Counted from the stretch's first letter, positions 42,170 through 51,361 are shown. The stretch is 64,000 nt of DNA from Spirulina sp. (GCA_044070495.1 JBIPSI010000015.1:64001-128000), one strand, 5' to 3'. The notes: generated by a model from the sequence alone, not told the origin. A program made the numbers and translations.

Positions 42170-42955
42170 TTAATACTCCACAATCACCGGGGTATGGTCG
42201 CTGGGTTTTTCGAGGCGGCGGGGTTCGAGGTCGATGGTGCAGGCGGTAGCCCGCTCATACAGCGGGGGCGAAAGATAGTGATGGTCGATTCGCCAGCCCA
42301 GGTTGCGGCGGAAGGACGCGGCGCGATAATCCCACCAGCTAAAGTGTCCGCCCTCGTCGGTGAACTTGCGAAAGGCATCGGCCAAGCCCACGGAAAGCAC
42401 ATCCCGCAGGGTCTCCCGTTCCACCGGGGAGGACATAATGTGTTTCTCCTTGCCCTCTGGGTTATAGATATCTTTGTCCTCTAGGGCAATGTTGAAATCG
42501 CCGCAGACGTTGAGGTTGGGGTATTCCTGAAGTAAGGCCGCTAGGTACTCCTTCAAACAGGCCAGCCACTTCAATTTGTACTCATATTTTTCGCTGCCGA
42601 TGGAACTGCCGTTGGGCACATAGAGGTTCACCACGTAGGTGTCGCCCCATTGTCCGGCAATGACGCGCTTCTGATCGTCCAAATCACCGACCCGGTCTTC
42701 CCCCAACACGGCGGCAAATCCCCGCTGCACATTTTCCATGGGCTGACGGCTGATCAGGGCCACGCCGTTGTAGGATTTTTGGCCATAGATATAGGTGTGG
42801 TAGCCCAAGGCCTCAAAGGCCGCCGCCGGAAAATCGGTGTCCACCACCTTGGTTTCCTGTAAACACAGCACCTCCACCGGGTTCGCCTGGAGCCACTGCA
42901 CGGCATGGTCGAGGCGAGAGCGAATGGAATTGACGTTCCAGGTGGCAACTTTCAT
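42170..42955 (-). CDS. xth: Exodeoxyribonuclease III
   Basis: TWNVNSIR, LQETK, YVPNG, GDFN, WWDYR, GWRID, SDHTP. Confidence 0.97.
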   Translation of the reverse strand: MKVATWNVNSIRSRLDHAVQWLQANPVEVLCLQETKVVDTDFPAAAFEALGYHTYIYGQKSYNGVALISRQPMENVQRGFAAVLGEDRVGDLDDQKRVIAGQWGDTYVVNLYVPNGSSIGSEKYEYKLKWLACLKEYLAALLQEYPNLNVCGDFNIALEDKDIYNPEGKEKHIMSSPVERETLRDVLSVGLADAFRKFTDEGGHFSWWDYRAASFRRNLGWRIDHHYLSPPLYERATACTIDLEPRRLEKPSDHTPVIVEY

Positions 42956-43099
42956 GGCAGGCAGGGCGCAGAATCACAGTCTTCTAGCTTAAAGGGCTAA
43001 TTGACCTAAAGGAAATAAGAGTCTTTAGGGTGGTTTAAAAATTGGCCTCTATGCTAGGAGCATGCCGTACTGCGGTGTCCTGTCTTGAGGAAGTAGGCG

Positions 43100-44734
43100 A
43101 TGGCGAGTGTTTTTCGGCAATTGAAGGAAACCTTTGGTGGCTTTGGCACCGCGCTCACGGAGGAGGTGCGGGAGTCGGTGCGGGACACGCTGCGGGAGTG
43201 GTTAGAGGCCCATGGGGATAGCCTGCGACCCAAGCAGGGCGGCTTTAACGGCACCATGATGCAGTACTTCCATTGGTATACCCCCGCCGATGGCGAGCAT
43301 TGGAATCGGGTGCGGGAAGAAGCTCCGGCCTTGGCGGAGGTGGGGATTTCGGCGTTGTGGTTGCCCCCGGCCTACAAGGGCATTGGCGGTGGCTACGATG
43401 TGGGCTATGGGGCCTACGACCTGTTTGATTTGGGCGAATTTAACCAGCAGGGCACCGTTCGCACCAAGTACGGCACTAAGGATGAGTATTTGGCCGCTGT
43501 GAAGACCTGCCGCGACCTAGGGATTAATATCTATGCCGATGTGGTGTTTAACCACAAAATGGCGGCGGATTTTGAGGAAGAATTCAACGCCACGCCGATG
43601 GATCCCCAGAATCGCCATCGTCCTCTGGGGGACATGCGGCGGATTAAATCCTGGACGGGGTTTAACTTTCCGGGGCGGGGCAGCACCCATTCCAGCATGG
43701 CTTGGCACTGGTACCACTTCGATGCCGTTGACTACAACAGCTACGATCCGAACTACAGGGCCGTATGGCTGATGGAGGGCAAAGCCTTTGAGGATAAGGT
43801 GGGCTTGGAATTAGGCAGCTACGACTATTTGATGGGCTGCGATTTGGATATCGACCATCCCCAGGTGCGGGGCGAGTTGAAATACTGGGGCGAGTGGCTG
43901 CTGGATACCGTGGGGGTGGATGGCTTCCGGCTGGATGCCATTAAGCACATCTGCGGCGACTTTTTTGTGGACTGGATCGACCACCTAGAAGCCTATGCCC
44001 AGCGGGATTTGTTCTGCGTGGGGGAATACTGGACCTACGACCTGAACACCCTGCGATGGTATGCGGGCAATTCTGGCGGGCACCTGAACCTGTTTGATGC
44101 GCCGCTGCACAACAATTTCCACAGGGCCAGCAAATCCGGCGACCGCTACGACATGCGTACTATTTTCGACAACACCGTGGTGCAGGACATGCCCTTGCTG
44201 GCCGTCACCCTCGTCGAAAACCACGATACTCAGCCGCTACAGGCGTTGGAATCGGTGGTAGAAGCCTGGTTTAAGCCCCTGGCCTATGCCCTAATTTTGC
44301 TGCGGGCGGAGGGCTATCCCTGCATTTTCTACCCCGACTACTACGGTGCCCACTACAAAGACAAAGGCCGCGACGGCAACGAGTACGAAATTTGGCTAGA
44401 TTCCCACCGAGCAATCCTCGACCGCCTGCTGAAGGCCCGTCAGCACTTTGCCCATGGCCCCCAGTACGACTATTTCGATCATCCCAATCGGGTGGGCTGG
44501 ACGCGGCTGGGCACCGAAGCCAACCCCCGCGCCATGGCGGTGATGCTCAGCAATGGCCCCGGCGGCGGCAAGTGGATGGAGGTGGGGCGACCCAACACCA
44601 CCTTCTACGACCTCACGGGCCACATCCCAGATACCATCACCACCAACAACGACGGCTGGGCCGAATTCCGCTGCAACGGCGGTTCTGTCTCCGTCTGGGT
44701 GGAAGATCACCCCATCCTGCGGGCATTTCGGTAG
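43100..44734 (+). CDS. Alpha-amylase (GH13, cytoplasmic AmyA type)
   Basis: NGTMMQYFHWY, DVGYGAYDLFDLGEF, DVVFNH, GFRLDAIKH, GEYW, VENHDTQ. Confidence 0.95.
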   Translation: MASVFRQLKETFGGFGTALTEEVRESVRDTLREWLEAHGDSLRPKQGGFNGTMMQYFHWYTPADGEHWNRVREEAPALAEVGISALWLPPAYKGIGGGYDVGYGAYDLFDLGEFNQQGTVRTKYGTKDEYLAAVKTCRDLGINIYADVVFNHKMAADFEEEFNATPMDPQNRHRPLGDMRRIKSWTGFNFPGRGSTHSSMAWHWYHFDAVDYNSYDPNYRAVWLMEGKAFEDKVGLELGSYDYLMGCDLDIDHPQVRGELKYWGEWLLDTVGVDGFRLDAIKHICGDFFVDWIDHLEAYAQRDLFCVGEYWTYDLNTLRWYAGNSGGHLNLFDAPLHNNFHRASKSGDRYDMRTIFDNTVVQDMPLLAVTLVENHDTQPLQALESVVEAWFKPLAYALILLRAEGYPCIFYPDYYGAHYKDKGRDGNEYEIWLDSHRAILDRLLKARQHFAHGPQYDYFDHPNRVGWTRLGTEANPRAMAVMLSNGPGGGKWMEVGRPNTTFYDLTGHIPDTITTNNDGWAEFRCNGGSVSVWVEDHPILRAFR

Positions 44735-44778
44735 ATCGACGTCACTCTGAAGCCAAATTTCAAGCTGGATCTGAGGGG

Positions 44779-45264
44779 CTAGGGCTGGGATGGCAAAGGT
44801 AGCTCAATTCCTAACTTGCCGCTCAGAACAACCACGTTATCCACAAAGTCGTTGGTGGCCGCTACCCCGCCTGCCACCCCACCTAACGCGAGGGTAGCCG
44901 CTGTGGCCAAAGCCGTCAGACGCTTTTTAAGTTTGGGCAAACTGCGCTGATCTTCGGGCTTCTGGATTTCAGCTTCCACATCGTCAATGTCGATGATGAG
45001 ATCCTCTTGCACCGCTGGGGGAAACTGGGTGGCCATTTGACGCAAGCTAGCGATGATGGTCAACAATTCTGCGGTAGAAACGCCACTGCTTTGGTTCACC
45101 CCTGCCGCCACCACCTGGGCCTGATCCTTGGCCTCGTTGACCACGTTGGCGATGTTACCCCCGTTAATCTGCGTGCCGATTTTATGGCCCGCTACCTTGT
45201 CGCCCATCACCTTGTCTCCAGCAATATTGTCGCCGCTGCCGTGTTGATAAATTGTGTTGGCCAT
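44779..45264 (-). CDS. Small protein with N-terminal GD-repeat motif and C-terminal helical/hydrophobic domain
   Basis: ATG at 45264 preceded by GAGGAGG; MANTIYQHGSGDNIAGDKVMGDK..., C-terminal LTALATAATLALGGVAGGVAA. Confidence 0.75.
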   Translation of the reverse strand: MANTIYQHGSGDNIAGDKVMGDKVAGHKIGTQINGGNIANVVNEAKDQAQVVAAGVNQSSGVSTAELLTIIASLRQMATQFPPAVQEDLIIDIDDVEAEIQKPEDQRSLPKLKKRLTALATAATLALGGVAGGVAATNDFVDNVVVLSGKLGIELPLPSQP

Positions 45265-45316
45265 GGTTAAGTCCTCCTCAGAAATCGTATGGCTAGGACA
45301 AGGTTGTGTTAAAGGA

Positions 45317-45583
45317 CTACGGAAAATAACGATAAAATTCGCGACGGTGCATAACACGCACAAAAAACACGATATCTTCTTCTAAAAACAATCCAATTCG
45401 ATAGTCGCCTACCCGGATACGAAAGTAATTATCACCACCTTTTAGCTTCTTGAGGTTAGAGATCTCATCTAGACGCTCTGTCCGCTCTACAGACTCAATG
45501 ACTTCTTTGATCTTTCTGAACAAGATCTTGTCGCTAGCCTTTCTCAGATCTTTCTCAAAGGTCTTGCGAAATTCAACCTTCAC
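45317..45583 (-). CDS. RelE/ParE-family toxin
   Basis: KKLKG..YFRIRVGDYRIG, HRREFY. Confidence 0.9.
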   Translation of the reverse strand: MKVEFRKTFEKDLRKASDKILFRKIKEVIESVERTERLDEISNLKKLKGGDNYFRIRVGDYRIGLFLEEDIVFFVRVMHRREFYRYFP

Positions 45584-45789
45584 TCGTCAGACTCCAGGAT
45601 GCTAAAAATAGCTTCCCGACTAACCGCATCAGAGTCTTTACCCTCATCAATGGCTTTAACCAAGGCCAAATCTTCCAGAGCTTCGGCCACCAGATCTTGA
45701 AATAAGTCGCGACGCTCCTGAAAAATCTCAAGAATTGCAGATTTAATCAACTCCTTGATTTGAGTTTCACTAAGGCTTGACTCCAGCAT
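45580..45789 (-). CDS. Putative antitoxin
   Basis: Acidic 69 aa, EALEDLALVKAIDEG, overlaps the toxin start. Confidence 0.75.
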   Translation of the reverse strand: MLESSLSETQIKELIKSAILEIFQERRDLFQDLVAEALEDLALVKAIDEGKDSDAVSREAIFSILESDE

Positions 45790-45832
45790 GGGATCTTGCT
45801 CCTTCAGTGTTGATGGTGTTTAGCGTTTAGAT

Positions 45833-48505
45833 CTAGGGTGGGCCGTGCTTATCACCCTGTACCAGGTCGCCAGCTACATTATCGCCCTTACCATGCTGGT
45901 GGGTGTTGTCTTGCTTGATGTTGACGTGGATTCCCCCATAGCGTTCTTCAATGTCAATGCCGCGTTCTTTCATGTCGCGTTGGCGGCGGGCTTCCACAGA
46001 TTCGTAGCCATCGAGGAGTTGGCGCAGATTTACCTTAATCCGCAGTTTGCCGATGGGGTAATCGACAATGCCCATGCCCTCTAATCCCAAAAGCTCTTGG
46101 TAATCCAGGGGCGGATGGTCGGGATGGTTGGGGACGGGTACCCATTCGGTGACTTCTAAATCGGCGAAGCTCTTGTGGATGCGGGTGAAGGTGTCGCGGA
46201 TGAGGGAGAGGAAGACGCGGCGGGTGGTGTCTCGTCCGGCGATGGCGATGAAGATTTTTTTGTCTTCGGGGTCGGCTTTGATGCGGGCCATGTTGTAGAC
46301 CTCGTCGCCCTCGCGGTAGGCCAGCATGACACCGCTGCGCCAGTGGATGTGGTTGTGGATTTTGTCGTGGCTGAGGACGATGAACCGCGACAGCACGCTC
46401 TCCGGCAGGATGCGGTAGTGGTACTGAAATTCTAGGGTGTCGCCCTCTAGGCGGATGTCTTCCGGTTCTTCCTTGGGCAGCAGACCGGGGATGAGGAAGC
46501 GAGGGCAGGGGCAATCGGGCAGCGCAAAGCAGAGCTGAAATTCCTGCATCAGTTCGGTGAGGTAGCGGTGGCGTTCGGGGGGGTAGCGCTCTGGAGGCAG
46601 TACGCGGCTGAGGTCATCGTAATCGAGGAGGCCTTTGCCCTGGGTTTTGAGGGTGTCGTCGCTGAGTAGGGCGTAGATGCCCGTGGTCACCCAGTCGGGG
46701 TTGAGGACGTTGGTGTTTTGCAAAAAGGAATGGTTGCGAAAATTGAGCACCAGGCCCAAATTGTGCAGCAGGTCGATCAGTTGGGTTTGGTTCTGTTCTT
46801 CGGGAATTTGGTTTTGGTAGCAGATGCCGATGTATTCGCCGTAGCTAATAAAGTCTTTATCCAGGGCTTCAAGCTGTTCTTTGACCTGGAACCAGGAGAG
46901 GGGCAGCAGGTTATAGACTTCTCGCAGTTTGCCGACTTCTGCGGTAATGGTGGCCCGCAGTTCTTCAATGCCTTGGCCACTCTGGCAGGAGGTTTCTAGG
47001 ATGGCGCAAATGTTGGGATATTTTTGCCGCAGGGCTTTGCGGTTGATGTCTAGGGGTTGTTCGTCGCTTTTGTTGCCGACGATGATGACGGGCGATTCGC
47101 CGCCAAAGCTTTGGATGAGTTTGAGCCAATATTCAATGCGGTTTTCTTCTTCGCTGGTGCGGCAGTTGCAGACGAGAATGTAGAGGCTGCGTTTGGTGAG
47201 AAAAAACTGGTGGGTGGCGTGGTAAATTTCTTGGCCGCCAAAGTCCCACACGTTGAGGCGCACGTCTTTGCTGTTGACATGAACGCCCCACTCTCGAACA
47301 GCAAGCCCATCGGTTTGAGATTCGTTGGGATTAAAGGCTCCCTCCATAAGTTGTTTGATTAGAGAAGTTTTGCCCACACTGCCTTGACCAACCAGCAGCA
47401 TTTTAGCTTCGTTAAGAGGCTTAACTTCACCACTGCGGAGCTGGCGCAGATAGCCAAAGATGTCCTCCACAGAGCCGGGATCTTCATGCAGTTTCGACGA
47501 TCCTAAAATTTCTGGGGAAATAGGCAGCGGATTTCGCCTTACATCTAAAGTTTTGAGCTTAGGTAGAGTTTCAAGCCATTCAGGACACTCAGAGATGTGG
47601 TTGATTTTTAAGTCGAGATTCTCCAGCCTAGAAAGTTGTCTAAGGCAGTCCGGAATTGTCGTTATTTGATTACCATAAAGTCGAAGACCAGTCAGATTAG
47701 AGAGAGATGTGATGCAATTTGGAATGGCCGTAATTTGATTATTTTCAAGCCAAAGTTCAGTCAGATAGTTGAGTTCGCCTATACAATTTGGAATTATCTT
47801 GATTTGATTGCCACCGAGCCAAAGCATCTTCAGACTTTTGAGTTCACCTATAAAATTCGGAATCATTTCAATTTGATTACCATATAGCCAAAGTGTCGTC
47901 AGACTTTTGAGTTCACTAATACAATCTGGAATTGTCTTGATTGGATTACCACTCAGCCAAAGTGTCATCAGGCTTTTGAGTTCACTAATGCAATTCGGAG
48001 TTGTCGTGATTTGATTGCCACTCAGCCCAAGCATCGTCAGACTTGTGAGTTCACCAATACAATTCGGAATCGTCGTGATTTGGTTAAGATCAAGTCTGAG
48101 CGCTGTCAGATTTGTGAGATCACTAATGCAATTCGGAATCATCTTGATTTGATTGCCATGGAGCAAAAGTGTCGTCAGACTTGTGAGTTCACCAATGCAA
48201 TTCGGAATCGTCGTGATTTGGTTAAGATCAAGTCTGAGTACTGTCAGATTTGTGAGTTTACTGATGCAATCTGGAATTATTGCTATTTGATTTCTCTCGA
48301 GCCTGAGTAACATCAGTTTTTTTAGTTCGCTAATGCCATCCGGAATTGTCGCGATTTGATTGCTACTGAGGTTGAGCTTTTGGAGATGAGTAAGTTTGCC
48401 AATTTCGGGGGGCAGTTCCGTCAACCCTTGGCCAGAAAGGTCTAGCTCTGTCCAGCCCTCGGCGGCGGCTTGGTCAATCAGTTGCAGCAGCTCATCTTGG
48501 GTCAT
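45833..48505 (-). CDS. LRR-Roc-COR (Roco) protein
   Basis: 13 LRRs of 23 aa; Roc GTPase GQGSVGKTS, WDFGGQE, NKSD; COR (W..VK..L, LHNLG, LNPDWVT); start MTQDELL at 48505 or ATG at 48514. Confidence 0.95.
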   Translation of the reverse strand: MTQDELLQLIDQAAAEGWTELDLSGQGLTELPPEIGKLTHLQKLNLSSNQIATIPDGISELKKLMLLRLERNQIAIIPDCISKLTNLTVLRLDLNQITTIPNCIGELTSLTTLLLHGNQIKMIPNCISDLTNLTALRLDLNQITTIPNCIGELTSLTMLGLSGNQITTTPNCISELKSLMTLWLSGNPIKTIPDCISELKSLTTLWLYGNQIEMIPNFIGELKSLKMLWLGGNQIKIIPNCIGELNYLTELWLENNQITAIPNCITSLSNLTGLRLYGNQITTIPDCLRQLSRLENLDLKINHISECPEWLETLPKLKTLDVRRNPLPISPEILGSSKLHEDPGSVEDIFGYLRQLRSGEVKPLNEAKMLLVGQGSVGKTSLIKQLMEGAFNPNESQTDGLAVREWGVHVNSKDVRLNVWDFGGQEIYHATHQFFLTKRSLYILVCNCRTSEEENRIEYWLKLIQSFGGESPVIIVGNKSDEQPLDINRKALRQKYPNICAILETSCQSGQGIEELRATITAEVGKLREVYNLLPLSWFQVKEQLEALDKDFISYGEYIGICYQNQIPEEQNQTQLIDLLHNLGLVLNFRNHSFLQNTNVLNPDWVTTGIYALLSDDTLKTQGKGLLDYDDLSRVLPPERYPPERHRYLTELMQEFQLCFALPDCPCPRFLIPGLLPKEEPEDIRLEGDTLEFQYHYRILPESVLSRFIVLSHDKIHNHIHWRSGVMLAYREGDEVYNMARIKADPEDKKIFIAIAGRDTTRRVFLSLIRDTFTRIHKSFADLEVTEWVPVPNHPDHPPLDYQELLGLEGMGIVDYPIGKLRIKVNLRQLLDGYESVEARRQRDMKERGIDIEERYGGIHVNIKQDNTHQHGKGDNVAGDLVQGDKHGPP
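47525..48421 (-). repeat. 69-bp tandem LRR-coding repeats
   Basis: 13 units; 48034..48118 and 48172..48256 match at 82/85. Confidence 0.9.
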
Positions 48506-48517
48506 GGGTGGCATCTC

Positions 48518-48946
48518 TTAGACAATCAGATGAATCCAGGCGTAGGCATTACCCACAGAATTAACAAGGCGACGATCTGCCGTCCATAACTCAGCAGTTA
48601 ATGTTTCAGCCAAGGCCAAATAGTGAGCGTCATAGGTCGCTGGCAGTGAGAATTGGTTTGCGATTTACCAAGCTCGCTTGTGTAAACTGGCATCACCATA
48701 AAGCTCAATATTTAAGCCAAGAGCAATCTCTAAGAACCCATGGGCAATCTCTAGAGAAAACTGCCCTGCTTTTGCCAGTCTATACAGGGCATTTGTAACT
48801 TTATAGAGAATAAGACTAGGCGCTGAAATGCTTGTTCCAGCTTCTATCCAGCCATTCCAAAGAACATGATAGGGAGATTCTTCTGGATCTGAAATCAACA
48901 GCCGTACCACAAAGCTGGCATCCACACACACGTTATCTAGGCTCAT
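48518..48946 (-). pseudogene. VapC/PIN toxin with an in-frame nonsense codon
   Basis: VCVDAS...HKRAW* (TAA at 48665-48667) continues in the same frame as IANQFSLPATYDAHYLALAETLTAELWTADRRL...WIHLIV*. Confidence 0.85.
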
Positions 48947-49206
48947 AGGATTGGAGGGTTCGACAAGATGCCGCTGAGAACAGTTTTATCGCGCTGCTCC
49001 CGTTCTTGGTGAATCAACTCTGCGACGGGTAGGTCAGCCATGTCGGCTTCGTTAGATTGGCGCAGGCGTCGATGGAGGCTGCGTAGACGCTTTTGGCTGA
49101 CTTTCCAGGCGGCTTTGCGATCCAGCTTGGTATACAGCAAGCTCCGTTCCGCCTCAGAAAGGGACTCGATGACCTGAAGAAGGGAGTCTACTAACTTTGT
49201 GTTCAT
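48943..49206 (-). CDS. Putative antitoxin
   Basis: MNTKLVDSLLQVIESLS; overlaps the PIN gene start. Confidence 0.7.
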   Translation of the reverse strand: MNTKLVDSLLQVIESLSEAERSLLYTKLDRKAAWKVSQKRLRSLHRRLRQSNEADMADLPVAELIHQEREQRDKTVLSGILSNPPIL

Positions 49207-49254
49207 GGCCAAAGGTGCAGTGACTAAACCTATTGTAAGCTCCCTAGATAGTTA

Positions 49255-49395
49255 AGCTCCGTCCAGCCCTCGGCGGCGGCTTGGTCAATCAGTTGCAGCA
49301 GCTCGTCTTGGGTCATGGGCGTGGGGGTGGCGGGTGTTTTTCCATTTATAGCGGCGTTTAGGGGCTGTTGGCGAGGTCAGAAACCCGGTTTCTTG
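49255..49395 (-). repeat. Copy 2 of the LRR-Roc-COR 5' end plus upstream segment
   Basis: Encodes MTQDELLQLIDQAAAEGWTEL, then NYLGSLQ* (49316..49230). Confidence 0.92.
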
Positions 49396-49409
49396 AGCAG
49401 GTGCACTAC

Positions 49410-49802
49410 CTACCAGAGAACCTTGATGATTTCCGCGTCTCGCAGCATGGTGTCGCGGCTAATCAGGGTTGCTTCATAGAGTTTTGCGGTGGCCGCAATG
49501 ATGCGGTCATGGATATCCCAGTGGCTAGGTAGCTCCAAAAGGCGTTGAAACGTGGGCAAATCGAATGGCACAATCGCGAAACCGTCGCCAGCTTCCAGAC
49601 GAGCCATGACCTCTTCTATGCCAACCGGGACTCTCTGTCGCTGGGCAATGTATGTCAGTTCAGCCAGAACTAGCGTGGATACCAACACCTGAGCATCCCC
49701 TACCTCCGCAGCACTCAGTACCTCGTGGGCCAAAGGTGAAAGCCGTGAGTCTTCAGCAATGAACCACGCTAGCGCATGGGTATCTGCAACAAAGGTATCC
49801 AT
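49410..49802 (-). CDS. VapC/PIN toxin
   Basis: VADTHALAW, LAE, DIHDRIIAATA, LISRD. Confidence 0.88.
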   Translation of the reverse strand: MDTFVADTHALAWFIAEDSRLSPLAHEVLSAAEVGDAQVLVSTLVLAELTYIAQRQRVPVGIEEVMARLEAGDGFAIVPFDLPTFQRLLELPSHWDIHDRIIAATAKLYEATLISRDTMLRDAEIIKVLW

Positions 49803-49813
49803 GGACAAATGGG

Positions 49814-50008
49814 CTATTCCTCGTAGGCATGGCTAAAAACGGCTCGCTGTGCCGCTGCAAAGTCATCCTCTGAAAAATCCACCCCTCGCCACAGCCCTTG
49901 AAGCTGAGTGGAGCGCGGCCCCACCTGGGTTTGCTGGAGAACCGTCTGCCGTAGATGTTCCAACTCTTGCTGCAAAGCCTCGATGCGGATAAGGAGGTAA
50001 TGACTCAT
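49814..50008 (-). CDS. Putative antitoxin
   Basis: 64 aa with LQGLWRG motif, directly upstream of the PIN gene. Confidence 0.7.
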   Translation of the reverse strand: MSHYLLIRIEALQQELEHLRQTVLQQTQVGPRSTQLQGLWRGVDFSEDDFAAAQRAVFSHAYEE

Positions 50009-50072
50009 ATCACGTCTGGCCCACGAATATTCTGAAAAAGCTGGCTCTATTGTAAGCGCCCTAGACCGCTTT

Positions 50073-50231
50073 GCCGGAAAGGTCTAGCTCTGTCCAGCCC
50101 TCGGCGGCGGCTTGGTCAATTAGTTGCAGCAGATCAGCTCATCTTGGGGCATGGGCGTGGGGGTGGCGGGTGTTTTCCCAGTTATAGTGGCGTTTAGGGG
50201 CTGTTGGCGAGGCCAGAAACGGGGCTTCTTG
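50073..50231 (-). repeat. Copy 3 of the LRR-Roc-COR 5' end plus upstream segment
   Basis: Near-identical to 48431..48510 except a 5-bp insertion (~50131-50135); upstream part matches 49320-49395. Confidence 0.92.
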
Positions 50232-50237
50232 GTAAAG

Positions 50238-50492
50238 CTAGGCTGTTTGGGCAATGGGTTGACCGAGATCATACAGAAACTCTGGTGCAAAGTCTGCCCC
50301 GTTGGGCCATTCAATAGTGCTGGTCTCAGGATTTAGAAAGACCTGCTTAAAGTATTCGACATCCTTCAGGGGTGCAAAAATTTCGCCGTACAGTTCTTGG
50401 GCTAGATCAACATCCACGATGGCCTGGTTGTTAAACGTTAGTCTAAGTTTGTAGTTATCTAAATACTCAACCGTCTCAACATGAAGAAACAT
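50238..50492 (-). CDS. DUF2442 antitoxin-like protein
   Basis: YKLRLTF, GEIFAPLKD, TIEWPNGADFAPEFLY. Confidence 0.88.
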   Translation of the reverse strand: MFLHVETVEYLDNYKLRLTFNNQAIVDVDLAQELYGEIFAPLKDVEYFKQVFLNPETSTIEWPNGADFAPEFLYDLGQPIAQTA

Positions 50493-50504
50493 CGTTAACC
50501 TCAT

Positions 50505-50762
50505 TTACTGCAAAGGCTCTACTTCATTCAGTGCTTTTCTCTGCCGTGCCAGTTCCCAATTTGCTAGAAGTTCTGTCTGGTGTAAGTCTAGCCATTCCAA
50601 CACCATCCGCAAAGCCCGCTTAGACATTCTGCCTTCAACCACCCCAGTTTCTATTTCCACAATAATTTCCTGTTCCTGATAACGAGCATGAAAATGAGGT
50701 GGTTGATGATCGTTATAGTTCATAAAAATAACGATGCCGTAGAATCGGCTAATGGTCGGCAT
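50505..50762 (-). CDS. DUF4160 toxin-like protein
   Basis: MPTISRFYGIVIFM..DHQPPHFHARY, ELLANW. Confidence 0.9.
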   Translation of the reverse strand: MPTISRFYGIVIFMNYNDHQPPHFHARYQEQEIIVEIETGVVEGRMSKRALRMVLEWLDLHQTELLANWELARQRKALNEVEPLQ

Positions 50763-50812
50763 AGCTAATGCCTCAAATGACTAAGTCCATTGTAGGCTCT
50801 CTAGATAGTCCT

Positions 50813-50896
50813 GCCAGAAAGGTCTAGCTCTGTCCAGCCCTCGGCGGCGGCTTGGTCAATTAGTTGCAGCAGCTCATCTTGGGTCATGGGTGTGGG
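50813..50896 (-). repeat. Copy 4 of the LRR-Roc-COR 5' end
   Basis: 50813..50892 matches 48431..48510 at 79/80; reads MTQDELLQLIDQAAAEGWTELDLSG, then RTI*. Confidence 0.95.
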
Positions 50897-50923
50897 CAAA
50901 TGAAGAGGTGGAAATTGGAAAAA

Positions 50924-51361
50924 CTAAGACAAATTTTCAAGATCTGCTAAGTCTTGAAGTCGGCCTGAGGCACGCTTATTAAGCTTGAGATTTTCTAGGT
51001 CGATAAAGTTAACCACAATGCCATCCATCTCCACCGTCAAACGATTGGTATAGCAGGTGGCAAAGTCAACACCATCTGGCGTTGTAATAAGATCAATAAG
51101 ACTCGGAGGATAACCTAATTGAATCACCTGATCTGGAGTCAAAAAGTCCTCTGCTTGAAGGTTCAGTGATGCGAATCCAAACTGCTTTAGAGCTTTTAGC
51201 ATATTGGCAGCATTCTCAGGCGTCATCTCAACCCAAATATCAATATCTTTGGTGTAGCGAGGATAGCCATGCAAAGCCACAGCATAACCGCCGATTACCA
51301 AGTAATTAACCTGATTATCGTTTAGTGACTGTATAAACTCTTTGAAATCTTGGTTCAGCAC
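50924..51361 (-). CDS. Nucleotidyltransferase-fold protein
   Basis: IGGYAV..HG.PRYTKDIDI, K.ASGR.QDLAD. Confidence 0.85.
   Translation of the reverse strand: MLNQDFKEFIQSLNDNQVNYLVIGGYAVALHGYPRYTKDIDIWVEMTPENAANMLKALKQFGFASLNLQAEDFLTPDQVIQLGYPPSLIDLITTPDGVDFATCYTNRLTVEMDGIVVNFIDLENLKLNKRASGRLQDLADLENLS

Noticed and set aside
45265..45363. Longer start for the 44779 ORF
   Set aside because: It overlaps the RelE gene; the ATG at 45264 has a strong GAGGAGG RBS
47525..48421. Diversity-generating retroelement acting on the LRRs
   Set aside because: No reverse transcriptase in the window and no template/variable repeat pair with adenine-specific differences
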